Position numbers and translations under genes: made by a program. Below, in pieces: positions 56,721 to 64,000 of a DNA stretch of 64,000 bases (position 1 is its first letter; every line of letters begins with the position of its first letter). The notes under the pieces are model-generated. The model searched no databases, had not been told where the DNA came from, and was given only the letters and a program-made list of their open reading frames with translations. The stretch is from positions 160,001 through 224,000 of the forward strand of contig CAVZQC010000001.1 in assembly GCA_963777315.1 (NCBI GenBank), given 5' to 3'. This DNA comes from Vulcanimicrobiota bacterium. GTDB taxonomy: Bacteria; Vulcanimicrobiota; Vulcanimicrobiia; Vulcanimicrobiales; Vulcanimicrobiaceae.

Positions 56721-57113
56721 ATGGACGACTTCTACCGCGACTTCATCCTGGACCATTACCGCAATCCGCGAAACTTCGGCCACCTGGAGCAGCCCGACGT
56801 GTCGGCCGAAGATCTCAATCCGCTATGCGGCGACCGCATTCGCGTCGAACTGGCGGTCGATGCCGATCGCACGATTCGCGACGTTCGGTTCTCCGGAAAG
56901 GGCTGCGCGATCAGCCAGGCGTCGATGTCGATGCTCAGCGAGGAAATCAAGGGGAAAACCCTCGAGGAGGTCGCCACGCTGCCCAAGGAAGCGGTACTGG
57001 AAAACGTCGGAATCGGCATTAGTCCCACGCGCATGAAATGCGCGATGCTCGGGCTGAAGGTTCTCAAGAGCGCGGCCGTGGGCGAGCTCGCGGCGTGGCC
57101 GGACGAAGGCTGA
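56721..57113 (+). CDS. sufU: SufU-type Fe-S scaffold/sulfurtransferase
   Basis: DHYRNPRN, NPLCGD, GCAISQAS, RMKC. Confidence 0.88.
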   Translation: MDDFYRDFILDHYRNPRNFGHLEQPDVSAEDLNPLCGDRIRVELAVDADRTIRDVRFSGKGCAISQASMSMLSEEIKGKTLEEVATLPKEAVLENVGIGISPTRMKCAMLGLKVLKSAAVGELAAWPDEG

Positions 57114-57119
57114 TCCCCT

Positions 57120-57914
57120 CTACGGCTTGATCGCCGTCTTTTCCAAGATGCGAGGCGCGCCCGAATCGGCGGCGACGACGAACGTTTCGAAATATTCGCC
57201 CTTGGCGGTTTGCATGTCGACCGCCACCTTGTAGCTGCCGTCTGCGTTGCGGGTCGTCGTCAAACTGACGATTCGCGTGCCGGCATCGATGAAGTCCTCA
57301 TCCGGAACGCCGTTGGCCAAGTAGGTCGCAGCTGCTTGCGGGTCGCCTCGCCGCAGCGCTTGGACGTACGAGCGCACCGCATCGCCGGCGGGATTTCCTT
57401 GCGGCGCTTCGGCGCGGCGCGCGACCGGAAGCGTCGTGCGCGCGGCCGGCGTGGTTGCCGGCGCAGCGCTCGGCGCGCGCGGCGAAAGTGCAGGCGCCCG
57501 CGTCGGCAGCGGTGCTGCCGTGGGCGCCCGAGTTTCAGCCGTCGTTGCGGCCGGAGTTGCAGCCGGCGTTGCCGTTGGCGCCGGCGTTGCGGCCGGAGTG
57601 CGCGCGAGCGTGGGCGCAGCCGTCGGCGCGGGCGTCGGCGTCGCCGGGGATGGGGATTGCGCAGCGACACTTTGCGCGGGCGATGCAAGGGGCGTGACGA
57701 CCGGCGCGGGCGTGGGAATGTGCGCGACGCCGGCGCTCTGCTTGGGGCTGAGCCAATGCGCAAGGCCTTGGCCCAAAAACCAGCCGCCCAGTATGACGAC
57801 GATTGCCGCGATGAAGGTAACTATCCAGGGATTGAAATTGTTCGGTCCGCCCGAAGCCGTGCGGCGTGGTCCTTTCCCGGTCAGCCGGCGCCTACGGCGC
57901 AAATCGCCGCTCAT
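57120..57914 (-). CDS. membrane-anchored Pro/Ala/Thr-rich protein
   Basis: Single TM, low-complexity linker, small C-terminal domain; ATGA coupling. Confidence 0.7.
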   Translation of the reverse strand: MSGDLRRRRRLTGKGPRRTASGGPNNFNPWIVTFIAAIVVILGGWFLGQGLAHWLSPKQSAGVAHIPTPAPVVTPLASPAQSVAAQSPSPATPTPAPTAAPTLARTPAATPAPTATPAATPAATTAETRAPTAAPLPTRAPALSPRAPSAAPATTPAARTTLPVARRAEAPQGNPAGDAVRSYVQALRRGDPQAAATYLANGVPDEDFIDAGTRIVSLTTTRNADGSYKVAVDMQTAKGEYFETFVVAADSGAPRILEKTAIKP

Positions 57915-58306
57915 CGCTCCAGAAGGCGCGCCGCGATTGCCTCAGGCAGCGGCGGCGCAAGCTCGCCTACGATCTCGGGACGGCGCTCGACCAGCGCACC
58001 GGCGGCTTCTTTGAGTAATCCCGAATTCGTTTTGGCATAGCTCACCAACGCCCGCACGGCCGCGGGATCGCCTTGGGCCGCGGCATCCAGCACGGTACCG
58101 GCCGCTTCGACCGCATCTTCGGACGATTCGCCGCGCTGCCGAAACGCATCGAAGATCGCTTCGACCAGCAGCGTACGGCCCGCCGGGGAGAGTGTCCGTT
58201 CGCTTTGCTCGACGGCTGCTGCGAGGTCGCGCTCGTCCATCTTTGCAATGAACTTTCGGGCCGCATCCGCGACCGCGGCCAACGCATAGTTGCCGAAAAC
58301 CGACAT
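57911..58306 (-). CDS. hypothetical helical protein
   Basis: Start re-called at ATG 58306; coupled to the next gene. Confidence 0.65.
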   Translation of the reverse strand: MSVFGNYALAAVADAARKFIAKMDERDLAAAVEQSERTLSPAGRTLLVEAIFDAFRQRGESSEDAVEAAGTVLDAAAQGDPAAVRALVSYAKTNSGLLKEAAGALVERRPEIVGELAPPLPEAIAARLLER

Positions 58307-58369
58307 CGGTCGAATCCTTACTCTCCGCGGCAGGCGGCTCCTCGAAAACCCGCAAAGAGATGGGGCGAA

Positions 58370-58681
58370 ATGATCCGTGTTCGGGTGCCGCTCGACATTC
58401 ATGCCGTGGCTTGCAGCGGTTGCGGGGCTTTCGCACTGGCCACGCCCCTGCGCGTGCGCGATCTGCTCTCGCTTGCCGTTCGCCAAGCGATCGGCTCGCG
58501 AGCGCCGCACGACAAGTTCGCGCGAAACTTGCGCGCTACGCTGCTCGGACTTTCCGGCGGCCGGTTCACCGTCGACGTCGACGGCCGGCACTTTAGCGAT
58601 CCCGAACAAGTCGTCGTTTGTGAAGGGGTCGCGGACGTCCGGTTCTTCCTGCCTTCCCGCCGGCTCCCCGTTCATCATTAA
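58370..58681 (+). CDS. hypothetical protein with CxxC
   Basis: 103-aa ORF filling the gap; CSGC. Confidence 0.5.
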   Translation: MIRVRVPLDIHAVACSGCGAFALATPLRVRDLLSLAVRQAIGSRAPHDKFARNLRATLLGLSGGRFTVDVDGRHFSDPEQVVVCEGVADVRFFLPSRRLPVHH

Positions 58682-58709
58682 AGACGTTCCCTCGTACCGG
58701 CCCATCGGT

Positions 58710-59378
58710 TTGGTCGCGGCGCAAATCTTCGTTCGCCGTTGGCCGCTGTATTTGGCATCGTGCGCTGCGGTCTTCGGACTGGAAGCGCTGTTCTGCAGGT
58801 TCGTGCACGTCCGGTTTGCAAGCTTTTATGCCGAATTGATCGGCTCGCCGCTGATAAGCGCCGTGGTTTTGGTGAACGTGGGCTGCGATGCGGCGCAAAC
58901 GCTGCAGCGGCGCGGGGAGCGGCTCGAACGGATCCTGGAACGAGCGTGGGCGATCATCGTCATCGACGTGTGCATCAGTTTGGTGATGAAAATGGGCTTG
59001 GAGAGCATGAGCTCGGCGGATGCCGGCGACATATTCCTGGGAATCGCCGTGATGTTTCTAGCCGCCATGCTGGCATACGCCGAACCGTATGCGGCGCTGG
59101 AAGAGGGGGCCGCTACGCTCACGGTCGTCCCGCTGGCGATTCTGCGCAGCATGATGCTCGCTTGGGTCAACATCTCGCGCATATTTTCGCTGTTCGCGAT
59201 ACAGATCGCGCTCTCGATAGCGGAAATCGCTTTACTCAAAGCCGTTGCGGGATGGGGAGAACAAACTTTGGCCACGCTCGACTTGGCGTACGTCGCGCTG
59301 GCTACCGCGCCGCTTTCGGCGCTGTTTGCGATCGCCTATCTCGATACGCTCGCGCAGGAGCGCCGCACGAGCCCGTAG
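58710..59378 (+). CDS. polytopic membrane hypothetical protein
   Basis: About 6 hydrophobic segments; start uncertain. Confidence 0.7.
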   Translation: MVAAQIFVRRWPLYLASCAAVFGLEALFCRFVHVRFASFYAELIGSPLISAVVLVNVGCDAAQTLQRRGERLERILERAWAIIVIDVCISLVMKMGLESMSSADAGDIFLGIAVMFLAAMLAYAEPYAALEEGAATLTVVPLAILRSMMLAWVNISRIFSLFAIQIALSIAEIALLKAVAGWGEQTLATLDLAYVALATAPLSALFAIAYLDTLAQERRTSP

Positions 59379-59393
59379 ATCCAGTCTCCCGAG

Positions 59394-60680
59394 CTAGCGG
59401 GCCATCGACTCCAGAACGGCCGGCAGACGTCCTTGGCGCCCGAGCATCATCTGCGCGAACAGGGCGTTCGGCCAAGCGAAATCCGCGCGCGTGTACGACT
59501 CGGGCCAATCCGAGTTGAACGACTCGTGCAAACGATGGTCGCCGGTATCGGACGCCGCAATATACCCCATGACGCGATTGATTTCGCTTTGGTCGGTCGA
59601 GGTGAGCGCTTGCATGACCAGCGCGAGCGGCCACACGTAGCCGTGCGGCGTGTGAGGGCTGCCGATGCCCGACGCGTATTTGCCGGTGAAGTAGTATGGG
59701 TTGCGCGGCGATAGGATGAACGTGCGCGTCGCTTGGTATACGACGTCGTGCACGCCGACGTAGCCGAAATACGGAATCGACAGCAGCGAGGGAATGTTCG
59801 CGTCGTCCATCAAGTTGGCGTGGCCGTAGCCGTCGATCTCGTAGGCGTAGATGCGCCCGATGCCGCGAATGTTGACCTGGCCGTAGCGCTCGATGGCGCG
59901 CTGAATTTCCACTGAGAGTCCCCAGGCGTCCGCCGCCACGCGTCCGTTGCGATACACCGTTTTCTCGATCTCGGTGAGGTCGCGCAGCACGACCACGCCG
60001 AACATGTTGTCCGGAATGTTGTACTGGTAGCGCGCCGCATCGTCGGACGGCCGGAAAGCGGTCCAGACCAGGCCGGTGTAGGCAACCGGCGTGCCTTTAC
60101 CCCCGTTTGCCAGCTCGGGGTGGCGGTAATGCGACCGTTTGTCGTGATGCTGCTCGGTGCGCAACGTGGTCAGAACCGTTTGGAAAGCGCGCTGCACGTC
60201 GGGCGTGAAGATCGAGTTATCGCGCGTTGCCTTCCAATAGAGATACGCAAACCAGACGGGATAGAGCAGCGAGTCCATTTCGAACTTGCGCTCGGCGACG
60301 CGATAGTCGTCGGTGAACGCATCGGCGTACGGGTCGATCTGTATGTAGCGCGCCTGCCGGGCAATCGTGCCGCGCAGCATCGTGCGCACGTACGGGTCGG
60401 TCACCGCCAGACCGATGTACGGCGTCATGACGGCGCTCGAATCGCGCAGCCACTCCATGGCGATGTCGCCCGTGGAAACGAACGTCGTGCCGTCGCGCTG
60501 CTGCGTGGCGTGACGGCTGTACGCCTCGTCGTACGCGCGCTGATAGATCTTCTGGAGCGTTACCGAAACGGCCGCAGGACGAACGGGGGTCTCGGCCGTG
60601 GGATTAGCCGGAGCGGGAACCGATGCAGCGGCAAAAAGGATCGTCAACGATAGGACGCCGGCGATCCGAACCGCTCTCAT
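59394..60680 (-). CDS. glycoside hydrolase family 125 (exo-alpha-1,6-mannosidase-like), exported
   Basis: TGDI..WLRDS, KFEMDSL, FRPSDD, MDDANIPSLL, HESF, FAWPN; signal peptide. Confidence 0.9.
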   Translation of the reverse strand: MRAVRIAGVLSLTILFAAASVPAPANPTAETPVRPAAVSVTLQKIYQRAYDEAYSRHATQQRDGTTFVSTGDIAMEWLRDSSAVMTPYIGLAVTDPYVRTMLRGTIARQARYIQIDPYADAFTDDYRVAERKFEMDSLLYPVWFAYLYWKATRDNSIFTPDVQRAFQTVLTTLRTEQHHDKRSHYRHPELANGGKGTPVAYTGLVWTAFRPSDDAARYQYNIPDNMFGVVVLRDLTEIEKTVYRNGRVAADAWGLSVEIQRAIERYGQVNIRGIGRIYAYEIDGYGHANLMDDANIPSLLSIPYFGYVGVHDVVYQATRTFILSPRNPYYFTGKYASGIGSPHTPHGYVWPLALVMQALTSTDQSEINRVMGYIAASDTGDHRLHESFNSDWPESYTRADFAWPNALFAQMMLGRQGRLPAVLESMAR

Positions 60681-60860
60681 GCTTGCAAGGTACCCATGGC
60701 CGGCTTTTTCATACGTACTCCTCTACTTGTATCGGCAGCTGCCGTAACGGCCGCGCCGGAGAAAAACGTTCTGCGGGGCGTTTCGCGGCGTTCGATTTCC
60801 TGGGATAATACTGTACGGATACCCTTGGAAACGACCCGGAAAGAGAGCTGACGCCGCCGT

Positions 60861-61613
60861 ATGCGCATCCAGACTGCCGCCCTGGGCCTGGCTACGGTGT
60901 TCGCGCTGGCTTTACCCGCCGAGGCAGATCAGCGCTATGCCGTCAGCGGGAACGACCGCTATCAGGTCGGCGGCGCCGAGCTGCACACCAGCATCACCTA
61001 CGCCGGAAGACAGCAGCTCACGATCCGCAAGGACGGCGCCCAGACGCGCTTCATCGCCCAGGCGCACTACACGCGAACCGACGCTTCGGGCAAGGTTCCG
61101 GCCCAGGCCACGTTCGTTCAAGTAATGACGCCCGCGGGCGACCTGCGCGACAAAACCGACCTGGATCCCGATTATTTGACCGTACTCAACCAGCCGTTTG
61201 CGGTGCAGTTGGATGGGGCGACGCTGCACGATCTCCTGCGGCTGCGCGGCCGCGTGCCGTTCGAGTTTCCCGCTCCAATGATGGGCGGAACGCTGCGCGG
61301 ATATTTGGAACGCGGCAGCGTCGGCCGGGTCGATTCGCGTCCCGCGCTGGCCGTGCAGTTCGGCGCGTCCGGCGCGATGAAGGGCCCGTTGCCGGGACAC
61401 GCGGACATGTCGATTGCCGGCACGATGCGTATGAGCGGAACGGCGCACTATGCAGTGCGAGGTCCTGCGCTGCTTTTAGCGTTGAACGAAACGCTGACCA
61501 TCTCCGGCACTCTGAACCGGCAAGGACGTTCGTCTCCCGTGACGATCGTGTACCGGCGTTCGATCAAAGCAGACGATTCGGCACCCGCTTCGACGGAAGC
61601 CGACTCGCACTAG
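60861..61613 (+). CDS. secreted hypothetical protein
   Basis: Signal peptide (AEA), beta-rich. Confidence 0.7.
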   Translation: MRIQTAALGLATVFALALPAEADQRYAVSGNDRYQVGGAELHTSITYAGRQQLTIRKDGAQTRFIAQAHYTRTDASGKVPAQATFVQVMTPAGDLRDKTDLDPDYLTVLNQPFAVQLDGATLHDLLRLRGRVPFEFPAPMMGGTLRGYLERGSVGRVDSRPALAVQFGASGAMKGPLPGHADMSIAGTMRMSGTAHYAVRGPALLLALNETLTISGTLNRQGRSSPVTIVYRRSIKADDSAPASTEADSH

Positions 61614-61617
61614 CCTC

Positions 61618-62016
61618 CTAGACCGCCGCGGGTAGTTCGACCGTGAGAGGGTGCGTGAACGGCTGTTCGGTCAATGCGACCAGCGGGGTGAAGGCCAGAT
61701 GATTCTGATGGCAGTCGATCAGCATCTCGATGCCGCGCTTCACGCTGCCGTTTTCTTCGATGTACTTGTCGAGCTTCTTCGAAAAATACGATTGCGGATT
61801 GCGCAGCACTTTGGCGTAATACGGATCGTCGGTCAAACCGCGCGGGCTGATGCCGTGTTTTGGAACCAGCCACACGAACCACGGATCTTCCCCATGGCGG
61901 TATCCGATGAGCAGCAGCGGAACGGCACGTGACGAATCCAAGTTCGGGAGAAAACTGCACATCGTATACGCGTCGAACAAAACTTCACGAGGTTCAATGG
62001 CAGCGGCCGGCTTCAT
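61618..62016 (-). CDS. hypothetical protein
   Basis: Start re-called at ATG 62016; divergent from the ECF sigma. Confidence 0.6.
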   Translation of the reverse strand: MKPAAAIEPREVLFDAYTMCSFLPNLDSSRAVPLLLIGYRHGEDPWFVWLVPKHGISPRGLTDDPYYAKVLRNPQSYFSKKLDKYIEENGSVKRGIEMLIDCHQNHLAFTPLVALTEQPFTHPLTVELPAAV

Positions 62017-62081
62017 GGCGGAGGCTTCCGTCGCGGCGGGGCTGAAACCTTTGGGCCCTTGCGTGGTGTTGGGACGCGTGT

Positions 62082-62732
62082 ATGAGCGTGCTCGCAGCAC
62101 CACTCCTGACTTGGGAGTATATTGTGCCACCGTCGGCCGCCAAGAAGGCAGCCCCTTCGACCGAACGCTTCGATACGATCGTCGGCGAGTACCAGCGCCG
62201 GCTGTACGGTTTCGCCCTGCGCATGACGGGCAATCGCGAAGATGCCGAAGAGATCGTGCAGGACGCATTCGTGCGGGCATATCGCGCGCTCGGCAAGATG
62301 TCGTTCGAGCAGCGGGCCGAACTGCGTTTGCAGCCCTGGCTGTATACGATCACGCTCAACGTCACGCGCAACCGTCTGCGCAGCAAGCGTCCGGCCAACG
62401 TCGCGCTCGACGCACTGGCCGATCCGGACGCACTGCTGCGCGGCGCCCACCGCGAGACGCCGGCACAGCCTGAAAAAATCGTCGAGCAGAACGCCGACAT
62501 GGCGCTGGTGGAGCGTGCGCTTTTGCAACTTCCGATGCACCTGCGCGCCGCCGCCACGCTGAGGTTCATCGAAGGGCGCAGCCATCCGGAGATCGCCGAA
62601 ATTCTCGATCAGCCGATCGGCACCGTGAAATCGCACGTGCATCGCGCCGTGCGGATCCTGCGGCGAATCCTTGGGCCTCAAATCGGAAAAATCGCACCTG
62701 AAGGGGGAGCAGCCATTCATGCGTTGTCGTGA
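62082..62732 (+). CDS. ECF RNA polymerase sigma factor
   Basis: DAEEIVQDAF, WLYTITLN region 2; EIAEILDQPIGTVKSHVHRA region 4; alternative GTG start at 62124. Confidence 0.92.
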   Translation: MSVLAAPLLTWEYIVPPSAAKKAAPSTERFDTIVGEYQRRLYGFALRMTGNREDAEEIVQDAFVRAYRALGKMSFEQRAELRLQPWLYTITLNVTRNRLRSKRPANVALDALADPDALLRGAHRETPAQPEKIVEQNADMALVERALLQLPMHLRAAATLRFIEGRSHPEIAEILDQPIGTVKSHVHRAVRILRRILGPQIGKIAPEGGAAIHALS

Positions 62733-63456
62733 AGTCGAGGCGTTGTGGGACGACCTGCGCGACGGCATGCCGTCGATGCGCCAAGCCGTGACCGCGCATC
62801 TGCGCGAGTGTCCGCCGTGCCAAGATCTCTACGAACAATACGAAGGCGTGGCATACTGCCTCTCCTGCCTGCCTAAACCCGAACCGTCGTGCGACCTGGC
62901 CAAAAAGGTCGTCGAGCACATCGCTTCCATGAAACACCGTTATCGTACCGAACCCATTTCGCTCACGTCGGTGCAGACTCCGATCGGGCGCGTGTACGTC
63001 GGCTTCAAGCGAACCCGCATCGCGTTCATCGGACTGGATCGCGGCGAACACCCCGAGCAAGTGCGCCGGCAGGTGGAACACCGGCTGCGCCGCCCGGTGA
63101 TCTCCGCCGGTACGCCCGATTGGCTGGGGAAGCTGTTCGACGAATTCTTTACGACCTGGCACGTCGACGAAGACGCCGTGGACATCAGCGATCTAACGCC
63201 GTTCGAGCAGGCCGCGCTCAAGGCCGCAGCGCGCATTCCGCCGGGCGAAGTGCGAAGCTACGCTTGGGTCGCCGCGTCGATCGGGCGCCCGCGCGCCGCG
63301 CGCGCCGTGGGTCAGGTGATGGCGCGCAATCCGCTTCCGTTGTTTTTCCCTTGCCATCGCGTCGTCGATTCGAGCGGTGACCTGCATAACTACGGCTACG
63401 GGATCGAAATGAAAGCGCGGCTGCTCAGCATGGAGGGGTATTCTTCGCGGCGCTGA
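62719..63456 (+). CDS. zinc-finger anti-sigma (ZAS) domain fused to methylated-DNA-protein-cysteine methyltransferase
   Basis: MRC...HLRECPPC (HxxxCxxC); then TPIG, IPPGEVRSY, ARAVG, PCHRVV, K..LL..E; GGGGGAG RBS; overlaps the sigma gene. Confidence 0.9.
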   Translation: MRCREVEALWDDLRDGMPSMRQAVTAHLRECPPCQDLYEQYEGVAYCLSCLPKPEPSCDLAKKVVEHIASMKHRYRTEPISLTSVQTPIGRVYVGFKRTRIAFIGLDRGEHPEQVRRQVEHRLRRPVISAGTPDWLGKLFDEFFTTWHVDEDAVDISDLTPFEQAALKAAARIPPGEVRSYAWVAASIGRPRAARAVGQVMARNPLPLFFPCHRVVDSSGDLHNYGYGIEMKARLLSMEGYSSRR

Positions 63457-63565
63457 ACATCGGCAAGACATTCGTCCGCAGCTCCCTCAGAGATAGACGA
63501 ACGAGGGCAAACGGCCGGACAAAAGGGGGTGGTCGTCGTTAGTACAGACAGTAACACGATGATTG

Positions 63566-63600
63566 GAGGTGCCGCGCGTTAGCGCGGCACCTTCTTTTTT
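63566..63600 (+). terminator. intrinsic terminator
   Basis: AGGTGCCGCGC-GTTA-GCGCGGCACCT followed by TCTTTTTT. Confidence 0.88.
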
Positions 63601-63651
63601 GTTCGCGGGCGCTACCAGGGGAACGGACGAACGCGGTTAACTTTTTCAAAG

Positions 63652-64000
63652 GTGGCCACACCGCTGAACGACCCGCGTCTCACCGCCATTCCCGACGTTC
63701 ATGGGCACGCAAAGGGCGAACACAAACCCTTTGTCGAGGAACGTCCCATCGCATACTCCGCCCGCATGCTGTTCTTGTGGTTCTATCATGCGTGCCAGCG
63801 CGGAGCTCCGCTCTTCCTGATGGTCAGCGACCACATCAATTACCTCACCTTTGAAGATCCCGGCGCGGTCCATACGGTGCGCCGCGCGCTCAAACTTGCG
63901 CAAGCCGGCGACCTGTACGGGGCGGCAGAGACCGCCGGCGTCGAAGTCGGGCACGCGCACGTCGTTTCGCAGGCAATGCGCCGCGGGATGCGCTTTTCCA
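63652..64000 (+). CDS. PHP-domain phosphoesterase-like protein, 3' truncated
   Basis: Hand translation from GTG 63652: ...IPDVHGHAKG...MVSDHINY...; DxHxH and DH motifs; runs off the window. Confidence 0.6.
   Translation, partial: MATPLNDPRLTAIPDVHGHAKGEHKPFVEERPIAYSARMLFLWFYHACQRGAPLFLMVSDHINYLTFEDPGAVHTVRRALKLAQAGDLYGAAETAGVEVGHAHVVSQAMRRGMRFS

Noticed and set aside
57400..57730. GC-rich repeats
   Set aside because: Low-complexity Ala/Thr/Pro coding linker
63500..63540. GGGCAAAC as a c-di-GMP-I riboswitch
   Set aside because: Lacks the GNRA-capped P2 stem and downstream GCAAAG/P3 elements

Overview
High-GC bacterial chromosomal window of about 55 tightly packed genes. The gene content (cyclase-NB-ARC-TPR protein, Cu-amine-oxidase-N/beta-barrel protein, TolC, hopanoid genes) suggests a diderm Terrabacteria lineage such as Eremiobacterota/Vulcanimicrobiota; this is inference only. 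In order, it holds: a GGDEF-EAL protein (5' truncated); a hopanoid cluster (fni-hpnC-hpnD-hpnE-shc-hpnH-hpnA-hpnG, divergent hpnK-hpnI); fumC; tandem DppA-type aminopeptidases; a split-borosin RiPP locus (LigA-like precursor plus alpha-N-methyltransferase) divergent from a cyclase/STAND-S9 peptidase operon; a DRE-TIM synthase and NDH-2; a structured inverted-repeat element; peptide SBPs with TolC/MFP; TldD/TldE; a FolD lacking the cyclohydrolase lysine; a suf locus without sufB but with an atypical second IscU-like gene; GH125; and an ECF sigma paired with a zinc anti-sigma domain fused to an O6-alkylguanine methyltransferase. The best candidates for an undescribed system are the borosin/STAND/S9 locus (16811-22792) and the ECF sigma/ZAS-Ogt pair (62082-63456). 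No rRNA, tRNA, CRISPR array or transposase was seen. All family calls rest on motifs recognised by eye, not database searches, and several start codons are my own re-calls inside the supplied ORFs.
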